39,178 bases of DNA from Deltaproteobacteria bacterium (GTDB lineage Bacteria > Desulfobacterota > Deferrimicrobia > Deferrimicrobiales > Deferrimicrobiaceae). A program made the position numbers and the translations under genes. The stretch spans positions 1 through 39,178 of the forward strand of contig DAOUUI010000003.1 of NCBI GenBank assembly GCA_030668225.1, read 5' to 3'. A model generated the notes under the pieces. The model was not told the origin of the DNA, searched no databases, and saw only the letters and a list, made by a program, of their open reading frames with translations. Positions 20,802 to 32,610 of the stretch are shown here, piece after piece (position 1 is the stretch's first letter; every line of letters starts with the position of its first letter).

Positions 20802-22780
20802 ACCCCCGCGCCCGCATCATCCTCGGCATCCTGGCGGGCGTCTATTGTCTCATTGTTTTTCGCGCGTTCCACATTCAGGTGCTCGGCGTCGAGGGGATCC
20901 GCGAGAGAGGGGAAAAGCAGTACAGCGTGAAGATCCCGCTCCTCCCGAAGCGCGGGGAGATCCTCGACCGGACCGGGACGGAGTTCGCGGTAAGTCTTTC
21001 CACAAAGTCGATCTATGTCCAGCCTTCCAAGCTTTCGTCCCCCGACATCGCTGCGGATCTGATCTCCCGCCGGATTTCCCGGCCCGCCGCCGGGCTGCGG
21101 AAGGCGTTCGCGTCGAACAGGAATTTCCTCTGGGTCAAGAGGCAGATGCCTTCCTCGACGGCCGATGAGATCGTAAGGGAAGTGCGGGAAGCGCTTTCCC
21201 GGGGGAAGGACGACGTCGGGACGGCCGGCATCGGCACGGTCGAGGAACCGAAGCGCTTCTACCCGAACCGCGAGCTCGCCTCCTCGGTCATCGGCTTCAC
21301 CGACGTGGACAGCAACGGGATCGAGGGGATCGAACTGTCGCTGGACAAGTATCTGCGGGGGGAGAATGCGTTCCTCGTGTGCGAGCGTGATGCGCGGGGC
21401 CGGATCATCGTACCGGCGGACGCGCCGATCAAGGTCAATTCGGCGGGACACTCCGTATCCCTCACCATCGACAGGAACATCCAGCACGTGGCCCAGACCG
21501 AGCTGGTGAAGGCGGTGAAAAAGCACAAGGCCCGCGGAGGGATGGCCCTTGTCATGCAACCCAAGACCGGGGAGATCCTCGCGATGGCGAATCTCCCCAC
21601 GTTCAACCCGAACAGCCTGTCCACGGGCCCGCCGTCGGCGAGGAAAAACCGGATCATCACCGATGTCATCGAACCGGGGTCGACCTTCAAGGTGTTCACG
21701 CTGGCCTCCGCGCTTGAGTTGGGAGCGATCGACGTCCGCGACAGGGTCTTCTGCGAGCAAGGGAAGTTCCGGCACGCGGGACGGACGATACACGACACCC
21801 ACAAGTACGGCTGGCTCACCATCCCCGAGGTGATCAAGTTCTCGAGCAACATCGGGATGATCAAGGTCAGCGAGAAGATGGACCCCGGGGGGTTTTACGA
21901 CATGATCCGGGCATTCGGGTTCGGGTCGAAGATGGGGGTGGAGCTCGTGGGGGAATCGCGCGGGCTGGTCCCTTCCCGCGACAAGTTCAGCAAGATCCGA
22001 CGCGCCACCGTCTCCTTCGGACAGGGGATCGCCGTTACGCCCCTCCAACTGGCCTCCGCGATGGCTTCCGTGGTGAATGGCGGGAAGATGATGAAGCCGT
22101 ATCTCGTGAAGCAGGTCACCGACCCGGAGGGGAAGGTGGTCTACCGCGGGGAGCCGAAGGAGCTCAGGAGAACGATCTCCCCCAAAACGTCGAAACAGGT
22201 CCGGGAGATCCTCGGAAAAGTGGTCCAGGAGGACGGAACCGCTACACAGGCCCGGATCAAGGGGTTTCTCGTCGGCGGGAAGACGGGGACGGCGCAAAAA
22301 GTGGAGGTGGGGACCGGCCGGTACTCCCCGGACAAGCGGATCGCCTCCTTCATCGGGTTCCTCCCCCTTCATGACCCCGAGTTTCTGATCCTTGTCGTCG
22401 TCGACGAGCCGAAAGGGGAGGTTTACGGAGGCGTTGTCGCGGCCCCCGCCTTCAACCAGATCGCGGTGAAGACGGCCTACTACATGGGGCTGACCCCCAC
22501 GGAGCCGGTCGAAAGAGAAGTGGCCAGGGCGACCCGGGGGGAGATCGGAGCCGGGGGAGTCCGGATGACACGCGTGGCGACGGGGCCCGCAGAGGCAGAG
22601 AGCGCGCTGGTCATGCCGGACATGCGAGGCCTGAGCATGGGAAGGGTGGTGGACCTCATGGGCAGGCATTCGGTGAGACTCGAGCTTGTCGGTACCGGGT
22701 TGGCCCGGACCCAGTCCCCCAGGCCCGGCGGAATTCTTGTCCCCGGCACGGCCTGCACCGTGACCTTCGGGGCAGAGTAA
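20798..22780 (+). CDS. ftsI: Septal transpeptidase FtsI/PBP3 with C-terminal PASTA domain
   Basis: N-terminal TM, RGEILDR, EPGSTFK (SxxK), SSN, KTGT, MPDMRGLS PASTA. Confidence 0.95.
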   Translation: MNPRARIILGILAGVYCLIVFRAFHIQVLGVEGIRERGEKQYSVKIPLLPKRGEILDRTGTEFAVSLSTKSIYVQPSKLSSPDIAADLISRRISRPAAGLRKAFASNRNFLWVKRQMPSSTADEIVREVREALSRGKDDVGTAGIGTVEEPKRFYPNRELASSVIGFTDVDSNGIEGIELSLDKYLRGENAFLVCERDARGRIIVPADAPIKVNSAGHSVSLTIDRNIQHVAQTELVKAVKKHKARGGMALVMQPKTGEILAMANLPTFNPNSLSTGPPSARKNRIITDVIEPGSTFKVFTLASALELGAIDVRDRVFCEQGKFRHAGRTIHDTHKYGWLTIPEVIKFSSNIGMIKVSEKMDPGGFYDMIRAFGFGSKMGVELVGESRGLVPSRDKFSKIRRATVSFGQGIAVTPLQLASAMASVVNGGKMMKPYLVKQVTDPEGKVVYRGEPKELRRTISPKTSKQVREILGKVVQEDGTATQARIKGFLVGGKTGTAQKVEVGTGRYSPDKRIASFIGFLPLHDPEFLILVVVDEPKGEVYGGVVAAPAFNQIAVKTAYYMGLTPTEPVEREVARATRGEIGAGGVRMTRVATGPAEAESALVMPDMRGLSMGRVVDLMGRHSVRLELVGTGLARTQSPRPGGILVPGTACTVTFGAE

Positions 22781-22788
22781 GGCGAAAG

Positions 22789-24285
22789 ATGAGACTGGCG
22801 AATGTTCTCGCAGGAATTACACCGGTTGGGGATTCTCTCGGATCACTCGAGATCGGAGGCATATCCATCGATTCCCGCAAGACCCGGCCCGGCGACCTGT
22901 TCATTGCCCTCCGCGGGGAGCGTGCGGACGGTCACTCCTTCCTCCATGCAGCGGCGCGGGCGGGTGCGGCGACGGCCCTCGTCGAGCGGGAAATCGCTCC
23001 CGCGCCGTTGCCCTGCCTTCAAGTAGAGTCGACGTCTGCGGCTCTGCCCGCAGTGGCGGTTCGCTTTTACGGCGACCCGTCGAAAAGCCTTACGGTGATC
23101 GGGGTGACGGGCACCAACGGAAAGACGACTGTCACCTACCTTCTCGAGTCCATCCTCGAAGCCGCAGGGGTTAAGACGGCCGTGATCGGGTCGATCAATT
23201 ACCGCCTGGCCGGGGAGATTCTGCGGGCGGGGCTGACCACGCCCTTTCCCCACGAACTTCAGGAGGTGATGGCGGCTGCGCTATCCGCGGGAGCAAGCCA
23301 CCTCGTGATGGAAGTCTCCTCCCACAGCACGGCGCAGGGAAGGGTCGAGGGGGTGCGGTTCGACGCAGGGCTGTTTACGAACCTGTCGCACGACCACCTC
23401 GACTTCCACGGGGACATGGAGTCGTATTTCCAGGCCAAGGCCCGGTTTTTCAGGGAGTTTCTCCCGTCGGAAGGGAAGCGGGCCGGCATGGCCGTGAACG
23501 CGGACGATCCGTGCGGGGCGAAACTCGCGCAGGAGTTCCCGGACGCCCTGACTTTCGGGTTTTCCCGGGAGAGGATGGTGCATCCCCTCTCGGTGGAAAT
23601 GTCGTGGGACGGGACCCGTCTTGCCCTTGCAACCCCCGTGGGACCGATGGATCTTCGGGCGAAGATCATCGGCTCCTATAACGCGTCTAACATCATGGCG
23701 GCAGTCTGCGGGGCGATCCTGCTCGACGTCCCTCCCGGGGCGATCCGCGAAGGGGTGGAAAAAATGCCTTCGATTCCCGGGAGGATGGAGGAGATCCCCA
23801 ACGACCGCGGCCTCCACGTATTCGTGGATTACGCGCACACCCCCGAGGGGCTCGACCGGGTGCTCACCACCCTCAAGGGGCTGGCCGAGGCGAGGCTGAT
23901 CACCGTCTTCGGCTGCGGCGGGAACAGGGACCGGGCGAAACGGCCGGAGATGGGACGAATCGCGGCACGCAGGTCCGACGTGGTGGTCCTCACCTCCGAC
24001 AACCCCAGGAATGAGGTCCCCGGGGCGATCCTTTCGGATATCGTTCCGGGGGTCGTTGCGGAAGGGATCCTGGAGGCGACGGGGACAGTCTCGTGGGATG
24101 GAGGGTATTACTTGGTTATCCCGGACCGGAAAGCGGCTATCGCGCGGGCGCTCGAGATCGCCCGGCGGGGGGATACGATCGTGGTAGCCGGGAAAGGACA
24201 CGAGAATGTCCAGCTCATCGGGGACCGGTCCTTGCCATTCGACGACAGGGAAACGGTCAGAACGATCCTGGCCGGTGACGGGTAG
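22789..24285 (+). CDS. murE: UDP-MurNAc-tripeptide synthetase (meso-DAP type)
   Basis: GTNGKTT, MEVSSH, DHLDFH, DYAHTP, DNPR, AGKGHE. Confidence 0.97.
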   Translation: MRLANVLAGITPVGDSLGSLEIGGISIDSRKTRPGDLFIALRGERADGHSFLHAAARAGAATALVEREIAPAPLPCLQVESTSAALPAVAVRFYGDPSKSLTVIGVTGTNGKTTVTYLLESILEAAGVKTAVIGSINYRLAGEILRAGLTTPFPHELQEVMAAALSAGASHLVMEVSSHSTAQGRVEGVRFDAGLFTNLSHDHLDFHGDMESYFQAKARFFREFLPSEGKRAGMAVNADDPCGAKLAQEFPDALTFGFSRERMVHPLSVEMSWDGTRLALATPVGPMDLRAKIIGSYNASNIMAAVCGAILLDVPPGAIREGVEKMPSIPGRMEEIPNDRGLHVFVDYAHTPEGLDRVLTTLKGLAEARLITVFGCGGNRDRAKRPEMGRIAARRSDVVVLTSDNPRNEVPGAILSDIVPGVVAEGILEATGTVSWDGGYYLVIPDRKAAIARALEIARRGDTIVVAGKGHENVQLIGDRSLPFDDRETVRTILAGDG

Positions 24286-25684
24286 GTTGACGATCGGGGA
24301 TGTGATCGGGGTCCTCCATCCGCTGCGGGGCGGAGGAGAGATTTCCACCAGGGACCCGATCGGCGCCGTGACCACCGACAGCAGGGAAGTTGTACCCGGG
24401 GGGCTCTTCGTCGCCCTTCCCGGAGAGCGGGTCGACGGTGCTGATTTCGTGGGGGAGGCATTCCGCAAGGGGGCCCGGGCGGCGATCGTGTCGGAGGAAG
24501 GGGCCCGGAAGATTCCCCCTGAAGTCCTTGCCGGGAAACCGGTGTTCGTCGTGCAGAGCCCCGTCGAGGCATTGGGGGATCTGGCCAGGGCGCATCGAAT
24601 GCGTCTCCGTCACATTCCCCTCGTGGGCATCACGGGCAGTTCCGGGAAGACGTCCACGAAGGAGATGCTCGCGGCGCTGCTTTCCCGCAGCAGGAACGTT
24701 CTCGGGAATCCCGGGTCCCGGAACAACCTGATCGGAATGCCGTTGGCCCTGCTTACGCTCGCCTCGGACCACGACGTCGCGGTGCTGGAGATGGGAACGA
24801 GCCAGCCGGGGGAAATCGCGAGGCTTTCGGACATCGCCGCGCCGGACGTGGCGGTCATCACCAACATCACGCCCGCCCATCTCCAGGGGCTTCGAAGCCT
24901 CGAGGAGGTGGCTCGGGAAAAGGGGGATCTGTACCGGTCCCTTCCCGAGTCGGGAACGGCAGTGGTGAACGCGACGGACCTGCGGGTAATGCGGGAGGCG
25001 GGACGCTGCCGGGCGACGAAGATCCACTACGGCGTGGCGCTCAACGAAGTCTCGGGGCGGGTGCTGATGATGGACGAGGAGAAGATGCGGATTGCGGTCC
25101 GGACCCCTTCCGGGGAATTCACCTCCTCCCTCCCTCTCACGGGCGACCACAACCTCATGAACGCGCTCGCCGCCGTCGCGGCCGCGTACGCCCTCGGCCT
25201 GCGGCCGAAAGAGTTGGAGGAGGGATTCCGTTCCCTGCCCCCTCTTCCCGGTCGGTTCCACCCCGTTCCCCTGCGGGAAGGGGGGCTGCTCCTGGACGAC
25301 TCCTACAACGCGAACCCCGCATCCGTGGAGGTGGCCCTGAGGAACCTGATGGCCCTCCGGCGGGGGAGGCGGGCACTCGTGGTCCTGGCGGACATGCTCG
25401 AGCTGGGGGAGGTGTCCGAAGTCTCCCATTTCCGGATCGGGCACATGCTCGCCGGAACGGAGGTGGCTCTCCTGTTCACCTTCGGGAAGGAGGCGGCTTC
25501 GATCGCCCGCGGCGCAAAGGAGGGCGGGATGGATCCTGCAAGGATCCTGCACGCCGAAGGCCGGGAGACGCTGCGCGATGCGGTAACGGGTGCGTTGCGG
25601 GCAGGGGACGTCATCCTGATCAAGGGGTCAAGAGGGATGCGGCTCGAGGAGATCGCCGAAGCCGTGGAAAAGGAGTGGGCATAG
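24275..25684 (+). CDS. murF: UDP-MurNAc-pentapeptide synthetase
   Basis: [30 protein letters not shown]; start GTG 24275 or TTG 24287. Confidence 0.96.
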   Translation: MTGRLTIGDVIGVLHPLRGGGEISTRDPIGAVTTDSREVVPGGLFVALPGERVDGADFVGEAFRKGARAAIVSEEGARKIPPEVLAGKPVFVVQSPVEALGDLARAHRMRLRHIPLVGITGSSGKTSTKEMLAALLSRSRNVLGNPGSRNNLIGMPLALLTLASDHDVAVLEMGTSQPGEIARLSDIAAPDVAVITNITPAHLQGLRSLEEVAREKGDLYRSLPESGTAVVNATDLRVMREAGRCRATKIHYGVALNEVSGRVLMMDEEKMRIAVRTPSGEFTSSLPLTGDHNLMNALAAVAAAYALGLRPKELEEGFRSLPPLPGRFHPVPLREGGLLLDDSYNANPASVEVALRNLMALRRGRRALVVLADMLELGEVSEVSHFRIGHMLAGTEVALLFTFGKEAASIARGAKEGGMDPARILHAEGRETLRDAVTGALRAGDVILIKGSRGMRLEEIAEAVEKEWA

Positions 25685-25688
25685 TCTG

Positions 25689-26765
25689 ATGCTGTACCAC
25701 CTTCTCTACCCGCTGCACGTGGACTATTCGTTCTTCAACGTGTTCCGGTACATCACGTTCCGCACGATCTACGCCTCGATCACGGCGCTTCTCCTGTGCT
25801 TCATCATCGGACCGTGGCTCATCCGCGAGCTTGGCGCCCACCAGATCGGACAGACCATCCGGAGAGACGGGCCGGAGAGGCACCTCGCCAAGGAGGGAAC
25901 CCCGACGATGGGAGGGCTGTTGATCGTCATCGCCGTCGTGGTCCCGACCCTTCTCTGGGCGAATCTATCGAATCCCTACATCTGGATCGCCACTTTCGTA
26001 ACCATTGGGTACGGTGGCATCGGGTTTCTCGACGACTACAAGAAGGTCATCCGGAAGGACTCGAAGGGGTTAAGCGCGACGGCCAAATTCACGAGCCAGA
26101 TCCTCCTCGCCGGGGTAGCGGCGACGCTGATCTACATGGACGTGGGGATCCAGGACAAGGTGAGCATCCCCTTCTTCAAGAAGCTCAACCCCAGCCTGGG
26201 GATCCTGTACATTCCGTTCATCATCATCGTGATCGTGGGAGCGTCGAACGCCGTCAACCTGACCGACGGTCTCGACGGACTGGCCATCGGCCCCATGATC
26301 ATCGCCGCCGGGACCTACATGCTGTTTGCGTATCTCACGGGGCACGTGAAGATCGCGAACTACCTGCAGATTCCCTACGTTGCGGGGGTGGGGGAACTCA
26401 CCATCTTCTGCGGCGCCATGGCGGGGGCGGGCATCGGGTTTCTCTGGTTCAACACCTACCCCGCCCAGGTGTTCATGGGGGATACCGGCTCGCTGTCCCT
26501 CGGGGCCGCGCTTGGAACCGTGGCGGTGATGGTGAAGCAGGAGATCGTTCTGATCCTGGTGGGCGGGGTGTTCGTGATGGAGGCCCTCTCGGTGATCTTC
26601 CAGGTATTTTCCTACAAAACGACACGGAAGCGGATCTTCCGGATGGCGCCGGTCCACCACCACTTCGAACTAAAAGGGTGGGCGGAACCGAAAATCATCG
26701 TCCGGTTCTGGATCATCTCGATCATCCTGGCGCTGCTGGCCATCAGCACGCTCAAGATCCGGTGA
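25689..26765 (+). CDS. mraY: Phospho-MurNAc-pentapeptide translocase
   Basis: [36 protein letters not shown]. Confidence 0.98.
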   Translation: MLYHLLYPLHVDYSFFNVFRYITFRTIYASITALLLCFIIGPWLIRELGAHQIGQTIRRDGPERHLAKEGTPTMGGLLIVIAVVVPTLLWANLSNPYIWIATFVTIGYGGIGFLDDYKKVIRKDSKGLSATAKFTSQILLAGVAATLIYMDVGIQDKVSIPFFKKLNPSLGILYIPFIIIVIVGASNAVNLTDGLDGLAIGPMIIAAGTYMLFAYLTGHVKIANYLQIPYVAGVGELTIFCGAMAGAGIGFLWFNTYPAQVFMGDTGSLSLGAALGTVAVMVKQEIVLILVGGVFVMEALSVIFQVFSYKTTRKRIFRMAPVHHHFELKGWAEPKIIVRFWIISIILALLAISTLKIR

Positions 26766-26767
26766 CC

Positions 26768-28114
26768 ATGGAGACGTTCGGCGGGAAAAACGTATTGGTG
26801 ATCGGGGCCGGGAAGTCGGGGTTCGCCTCGGCCCTCCTCCTCCTGCGGGAGGAGGGCAGGGTCACCCTCTTCGATGAGCGCCCGAAGGAAGACGTGGAGC
26901 GGTCTCTCGGGCACGCCGTCCCTCCGCAGATAACGTTCGTCCAGGGCAGGATGACCGATCAGGCGGCGTTTACGGCGGACCTCGTGGTCCTCTCCCCCGG
27001 GGTTCCGCGGGAGAAGCTTCCCCTCCAGGCGCTGTCTGGTGCCGGAACGGCCGTGTGGGGAGAACTGGAGTTGGGGTACCGCCGGTTTCGCGGGAAGGTG
27101 GCCGCCGTGACGGGGACGAACGGCAAGTCGACGGTCACGACGCTTCTGGGCCAGATGGCGTCCCACGTCTTCCCCGAGGTGTTCGTCGGGGGGAACCTGG
27201 GGACCCCTTTCGTCGAGGCGGGCGGCAAGACGTACGACTGGGCCGTCGTGGAGGTCTCGAGTTTCCAGCTGGAGACGATCGTCGCCTTCCGGCCCGCCGT
27301 GGCCGTCCTCCTGAACATCACCGAGGACCACCTGGACCGGTATCCCGACCTTTCTTCCTACGCGGAGGCGAAGATGGGGATATTCCGGAACCAGGGCCCG
27401 GACGACCTGGCCGTCGTGAACGTCGACGACCCGGAGATCTCCTCCCGGCTCTCCGGGATTACGGCCGGGCAGATCCCCTTTTCCCCCTCCCGGGTGCTTG
27501 ACGCGGGGGTGTCCCGGGATGGGGAGGAGATGGTCTACCGGGGCGGCCCCGTCGAGGAGCGGTACCCGGTCTCCATTCTCCGGGTCCGGGGGTCCCAGAA
27601 AGTGGAGAACGCCATGGCAGTGATCGGGGCGGCCCGCGCCATGAAGATCCCTCCCGATGTCGTATGGGAATGCCTGCGGGCCTTCCGGGGGCTGCCGCAC
27701 CGGGTGGAATTCGTCCGGAAGGTGCGCGAGGTGTCCTTCATCAACGACTCGAAGGGGACGAACGTGGGGGCGGTGATCAAGTGCCTGGAGGGGTTCTCGG
27801 AGCCCGTGTGGCTGATCGCCGGCGGGAAGGACAAGGGGCTGGACTTCCGTCCTCTCCGCGAGATCCTCGCGCGCAAGGCCCGCGCGGCGATCCTGCTGGG
27901 GGAGGCCCGGGACCGCATGGTGCAGGAACTTTCGGGGACGGTGCCCCTTCTGGGGGCCGACTCCCTGGATGAAGCGGTCCGCGCGGCCGCCGCCAACGCG
28001 CGCCCGGGCGACGTCGTCGTCTTCTCCCCGGCCTGCTCGAGCTTCGACATGTTCCGCAGTTTCGAGGAGCGCGGCGAGGTGTTCCGGGAGGCGGTTATGG
28101 GGCTGTCGGAATGA
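26768..28114 (+). CDS. murD: UDP-MurNAc-L-Ala--D-Glu ligase
   Basis: GAGKSG, GTNGKST, EVSSFQL, DHLDRY, NDSKGTN, SPACSSFD; real start ATG 26768. Confidence 0.97.
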   Translation: METFGGKNVLVIGAGKSGFASALLLLREEGRVTLFDERPKEDVERSLGHAVPPQITFVQGRMTDQAAFTADLVVLSPGVPREKLPLQALSGAGTAVWGELELGYRRFRGKVAAVTGTNGKSTVTTLLGQMASHVFPEVFVGGNLGTPFVEAGGKTYDWAVVEVSSFQLETIVAFRPAVAVLLNITEDHLDRYPDLSSYAEAKMGIFRNQGPDDLAVVNVDDPEISSRLSGITAGQIPFSPSRVLDAGVSRDGEEMVYRGGPVEERYPVSILRVRGSQKVENAMAVIGAARAMKIPPDVVWECLRAFRGLPHRVEFVRKVREVSFINDSKGTNVGAVIKCLEGFSEPVWLIAGGKDKGLDFRPLREILARKARAAILLGEARDRMVQELSGTVPLLGADSLDEAVRAAAANARPGDVVVFSPACSSFDMFRSFEERGEVFREAVMGLSE

Positions 28115-29292
28115 ACATCGGGAAACGGCACGAGAACCTGATTCTCACGCTCTGCACGATGATCCTTGCCGGCCTGGGGGCCGTGATGGTGTGGAGCGCT
28201 ACGTCGGTGATGGCGGAAGCGTCCGCGGGGCTCGGCAACGACGCGGCGTACTTTTTCAAGCGGCAGGTTCTCTTCCTCGTCCTGGGTGCTTCCCTGGCGC
28301 TCTTCCTCTCCCGGGTCGACTACGATATCATTCGCCGGCATATCGCCGCCCTCATGGGGGGTACCCTTGTCCTCCTGGTCCTTGTCTTCGTTCCCGGGAT
28401 CCGGCACACGGCAAACGGCGCCTCCCGGTGGATCGACATGTGGCTCTTCACCTTCCAGCCTTCCGAGCTCGCCAAGTTTTCCCTCATCGCCTATGCGGCC
28501 TACGCGATCGACCGGAAAGGGGAGAACTTTGGCGGGGGAGGCCGGGAGTTCCTGCCGATCCTTGCCGTCCTTGTGCTCTACGTGGCATTGATCCTCAAGG
28601 AGCCGGACTTCGGGACGGCGGTTATCATCACCACGTCGGTCGTGGCGCTGCTGTTCATCGCCGGCTTCTCCTGGAGGCTCCTCGCGGGATGCGGTGTCGT
28701 GGGGATCATGGGCCTGGTCCTGGCGATCGTTTCGAAACCGTACCGGATGGCGCGTCTTTCGGCTTTCCTCGACCCGTTCTCCCAGGCACAGGCGGCGGGG
28801 TACCAGGTGGTGCAGTCCCTGATCGCCTTCTCGAACGGGGGACTCATCGGGACGGGGATCGGCGCCGGGAAACAGAAGCTTTTCTATCTCCCTGCGATGC
28901 ACACGGACTATATCTTCTCCGTCATCGGGGAGGAGCTCGGGTTTGCGGGGGTCGTCGCCGTGGGTGCCGTTTTCATGACGCTCGTCTGGGTGGGATTCCG
29001 GATTGCCCGCCGCGCCCGCGACCCGTTCGGGAAGTACCTCGCGATGGGGGTAGCGACCATGATCGGCATGCAGGCTCTCATGAATATGATGGTGGGCTTG
29101 CAGATGCTCCCGCCCAAGGGAATGGTCCTGCCGTTCTTGAGTTACGGGGGGACCTCGCTCATTCTCCACCTGGGAGCGATCGGGATCCTTACCAACATCT
29201 CGATGAAAGGAGCGGAGGTTTTTGTCGCTGAACCTGATAATAGCCGGCGGGGGAACCGGCGGGCACGTGTTCCCGGGGATTGCGCTTGCTGA
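28111..29292 (+). CDS. ftsW: SEDS peptidoglycan polymerase FtsW
   Basis: NGASRW, FQPSELAK, EPDFGT, HTDYIF, EELG, PFLSYGGTS; multiple TM segments. Confidence 0.96.
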   Translation: MNIGKRHENLILTLCTMILAGLGAVMVWSATSVMAEASAGLGNDAAYFFKRQVLFLVLGASLALFLSRVDYDIIRRHIAALMGGTLVLLVLVFVPGIRHTANGASRWIDMWLFTFQPSELAKFSLIAYAAYAIDRKGENFGGGGREFLPILAVLVLYVALILKEPDFGTAVIITTSVVALLFIAGFSWRLLAGCGVVGIMGLVLAIVSKPYRMARLSAFLDPFSQAQAAGYQVVQSLIAFSNGGLIGTGIGAGKQKLFYLPAMHTDYIFSVIGEELGFAGVVAVGAVFMTLVWVGFRIARRARDPFGKYLAMGVATMIGMQALMNMMVGLQMLPPKGMVLPFLSYGGTSLILHLGAIGILTNISMKGAEVFVAEPDNSRRGNRRARVPGDCAC

Positions 29293-30331
29293 GGCGTTTC
29301 TCTCCCTCTCCCCGGGAGGTTCCGTCTCCTTCGTCGGGACGGAGGGAGGTCTCGAGGCGAAGGTGGTGCCGGCCAGGGGCTTCGCGATCGATTTCGTCTC
29401 CGCGGGGCAGGTCCGTGGGAAGGGGGCGGGCGGGCTGCATGGGATGGCCAGGATGATCGGCGGTCTCGGCGCGTCGCTTAAGGTGCTGCGCCGCAGACGT
29501 CCCGACTTCGTGTTCGGCGTCGGCGGATATGCCTCCGTGCCCGTGTCTCTGGCGGCTTTCGCTTCGGGGGTGCCGCTTTTCCTGCAGGAGCAGAACGCGG
29601 TCCCCGGCAGAGCGAACCGGATGCTCGGGAGGATGGCAAGACGCGTGTACACGGGGTTCGGGGGAGCGTCGCCTTACTTCCCGTCGGGGCGCGCGTCGGC
29701 CTCCGGGAACCCCGTCCGGCGGGAGATCGTGGAGGCTGCCGTCATGTCGAGAAGTTGCTCCCCGCCTCCCGCGCCTTTCACCGTCTTCGCGACGGGAGGG
29801 TCCCAGGGGGCAAGGGCGATCAACGAGCTCGTGATCGGGATGGGGCGGGCCGTCCGGAGCGGGGGGGGAGGGATGCGGTTCCTCCTGCAGACCGGCGACC
29901 GGGAGTTTACCAACGTGGAAAACGTCGTGAAAGAGGAGGATCTCCCCATCGAGCCGTTTCCCTTCACGGACCGGATCGGGGACGTTTTCGCCCGCTGCCA
30001 TGCCGTCCTGATGCGGGCGGGCGCCCTTTCGCTTGCGGAGGCGGCGCTTTTCGGAAGGCCCTGCGTGCTGATTCCGTATCCCTTCGCGGCCGACCGCCAC
30101 CAGGAAAAGAACGCCGAGGAGTTCTGCGCGGGAGGCGGCGGAATATGGTTTCGGCAGGAGAAGGCGTCCGGGGAGAGGGTGCGGGAGGCGCTTTCCCTCT
30201 GGGCTAAGGATCCCGATCGACGGAAAGCGGCGGAGGAAGGAGCCGTGGCGTTCTCCCGGCCGGACGCGGCCATGGCGATCATCCGGTCGGCGCTTGGCGA
30301 GATCGGAAGAGGAGTGGACGAAAGTGTATAG
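29222..30331 (+). CDS. murG: Lipid II GlcNAc transferase
   Basis: GGGTGGH, GGYAS, EQNA, GNPVR, GGSQGA, HQEKNA; TTG start with GGAGG SD. Confidence 0.96.
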   Translation: MSLNLIIAGGGTGGHVFPGIALAEAFLSLSPGGSVSFVGTEGGLEAKVVPARGFAIDFVSAGQVRGKGAGGLHGMARMIGGLGASLKVLRRRRPDFVFGVGGYASVPVSLAAFASGVPLFLQEQNAVPGRANRMLGRMARRVYTGFGGASPYFPSGRASASGNPVRREIVEAAVMSRSCSPPPAPFTVFATGGSQGARAINELVIGMGRAVRSGGGGMRFLLQTGDREFTNVENVVKEEDLPIEPFPFTDRIGDVFARCHAVLMRAGALSLAEAALFGRPCVLIPYPFAADRHQEKNAEEFCAGGGGIWFRQEKASGERVREALSLWAKDPDRRKAAEEGAVAFSRPDAAMAIIRSALGEIGRGVDESV

Positions 30332-31691
30332 AAAAGGGCTTCGAATCCACTTCGTCGGAATCGGCGGGATCGGCATGAGCGGAATCGCCGAGCTTCTCTT
30401 GAATCTCGGCTACGGCGTCACCGGATCGGACCAAAGGCTTACCGACATCACCGAGCGGCTTGGTAGCCTAGGGGCGCAGATCCGGTCCGGGCACGGCCCC
30501 GCCAACATGCCGGAGGACGTCTCCGTGGTGGTGGTTTCCTCGGCCATCCGGCCGGACAACGAAGAGGTGATCGAAGCGCACCGCAGGAAGATCCCGGTCA
30601 TTCCCCGTGCGGAGATGCTCGCCGAGCTCATGCGGATGAAATACGGCATCGCGATCGCGGGGACGCACGGAAAGACGACCACGACCTCGATGGTGGCCAC
30701 CGTTCTCGCGGCGGCGGGGTGGGATCCGACCGCCGTCGTGGGGGGGAAGTTGAACAGCCTCGGATCCAACGCCAAGCTCGGGTCCGGGGATTTCCTGGTG
30801 GCGGAGGCGGACGAGAGCGACGGGTCGTTCGTGAAGCTCTCTCCCACCGTGGCGGTCGTGACCAACATCGATGCCGAGCACCTCGACTACTACTCGGGAA
30901 TCGGGCAGATCAAGGAGACGTTCCTCCACTTCCTGAACAAGGTCCCCTTTTACGGGTTCGCCGTCCTGTGCGTGGACCACCAAAACGTCCAGGAGCTCAT
31001 TCCCTCGCTCCAGAAGACGTTCGTCACCTACGGTTTCTCCCACCAGGCGGATTACCGTGCGGACGGGGTCGTGCCCGAGGGCATGGCGAGCCGGTTCCGG
31101 GTGATCCGCCGCGGGGAAGATCTTGGGGAGGTTTTGCTTTCCGCGCCCGGGCGCCACAACGTGGAAAACGCGCTGGCGGCGGTGACGGTGGCCTCGGAGC
31201 TTGGGATCCCCTTCGACAAGATCCGGGAAGGGCTCTCCGACTACCGGGGGGTGCACCGTCGGTTCCAGGTCAAGGGGGAGCGGGACGGCGTGACGGTCGT
31301 GGACGATTACGGGCATCACCCCGTCGAGATCCGGGCTACGCTTTCCGCCGCCCGGGAAGTGTGGCCGGATCGCCGGGTCGTGGTCGGTTTCCAGCCGCAT
31401 CGCTACTCCCGGACGCACGCCCTTTTCCAGGACTTCGTCTCCGCGTTCCATGACGCGGACCTGCTCCTCGTTTTCGAGGTCTACCCGGCGGGGGAGAAAC
31501 CGATCCCGGGGGCTTCGGGCGAGAAGCTCTGCGAGGCGATACGGGATCACGGGCACAGGGCGGTTTTTTATGCGGGGAAGGCCGTGGAGGCCGCGGGGGA
31601 GGTTTTGCCCCGTCTTCAACCCGGAGACATATTTCTGACAATGGGGGCCGGAGATGTCTGGAAACTTGCAGAGGGCGTTGTATCCCGTTAG
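30324..31691 (+). CDS. murC: UDP-MurNAc--L-alanine ligase
   Basis: [42 protein letters not shown]; GTG 30324. Confidence 0.97.
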   Translation: MYRKGLRIHFVGIGGIGMSGIAELLLNLGYGVTGSDQRLTDITERLGSLGAQIRSGHGPANMPEDVSVVVVSSAIRPDNEEVIEAHRRKIPVIPRAEMLAELMRMKYGIAIAGTHGKTTTTSMVATVLAAAGWDPTAVVGGKLNSLGSNAKLGSGDFLVAEADESDGSFVKLSPTVAVVTNIDAEHLDYYSGIGQIKETFLHFLNKVPFYGFAVLCVDHQNVQELIPSLQKTFVTYGFSHQADYRADGVVPEGMASRFRVIRRGEDLGEVLLSAPGRHNVENALAAVTVASELGIPFDKIREGLSDYRGVHRRFQVKGERDGVTVVDDYGHHPVEIRATLSAAREVWPDRRVVVGFQPHRYSRTHALFQDFVSAFHDADLLLVFEVYPAGEKPIPGASGEKLCEAIRDHGHRAVFYAGKAVEAAGEVLPRLQPGDIFLTMGAGDVWKLAEGVVSR

Positions 31692-31725
31692 GGCCCGGGG
31701 AAACGAGGGCCGGACGAGAGGGACG

Positions 31726-32610
31726 ATGAGCAGGCTCGATGAGGTGGCAGGCGCCAGGATGGGGAAGCACACCACCATCGGCATCGGTGGGGCATCCGAA
31801 CGGCTGGTCTTTCCCCGCTCCGTGCGTGAGGTACAGGATGTCCTCGCGTCGGAAAGGGCCGCGAACCGGAAGGTGAGGGCGCTGGGCGCGGGAAGCAACC
31901 TCCTCGTGTCGGACGGCGGCGTTCGCGGGACGGTGGTCTGTCTCCGGAAGAACATGGGGAACGTTCTGTTTGCCCCGGGAGGGGCGGTGGTCGCCGACGC
32001 GGGCGTGATGGTGCCGAGGTTCGCCGTATTGTGCGCCCTGTCCGCCCTCTCCGGGGTCGAGGAACTGGGCGGAATCCCGGGCACGGTCGGCGGATTGCTG
32101 ACGATGAACGCCGGATCGTACGGGCGGTCCATCGGGGAAATCGTCGAATGGGTGGAGATCGTGGATTACGAGGGGAGGCTTCACCGCGTCGGGGCGAGCG
32201 AGGTCCGCTTCTCCTACCGGACGGCGGAATATCCCGTGCGGGGGATCATCGTCCGTGCGGGGTTCCGGCTTCGGCCGGGGCACACAGGCGAGGCGTTTTC
32301 CCGCATGAAGGCGTTGAACGAGAAGCGTCGCGCCAAACAGCCCTGGGGAGAGCGAACGTTCGGATCCACGTTCCGGAACCCGCAAGGCGACGAAAATGCG
32401 GCGGCCCTGCTGGAGCGGGCGGGGATGAAGGGCGCCCGCGAGGGAGATGCGATCTTTTCGGAAAAGCACGCCAATTTCATGATCAACAAGGGTCGGGCCA
32501 CTTCCTCCGAGGTCTTGCGGCTCATCGCGCGGGGGAGGGAGGCGGTGCAAACCCTTTCGGCCATAACCCTTTCTACCGAGGTGGAGATGTGGGGGATCGC
32601 GGATGAGTGA
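31726..32610 (+). CDS. murB: UDP-GlcNAc-enolpyruvate reductase
   Basis: HTTIGIGG, GAGSNLL, IPGTVGG..MNAG, FSYR, GSTFRNP, KHANF, EVE. Confidence 0.95.
   Translation: MSRLDEVAGARMGKHTTIGIGGASERLVFPRSVREVQDVLASERAANRKVRALGAGSNLLVSDGGVRGTVVCLRKNMGNVLFAPGGAVVADAGVMVPRFAVLCALSALSGVEELGGIPGTVGGLLTMNAGSYGRSIGEIVEWVEIVDYEGRLHRVGASEVRFSYRTAEYPVRGIIVRAGFRLRPGHTGEAFSRMKALNEKRRAKQPWGERTFGSTFRNPQGDENAAALLERAGMKGAREGDAIFSEKHANFMINKGRATSSEVLRLIARGREAVQTLSAITLSTEVEMWGIADE

Noticed and set aside
25796-26767. Apparent 772-aa MurD or MraY-MurD fusion
   Set aside because: Alternate frame of the intact mraY; MurD homology starts at ATG 26768
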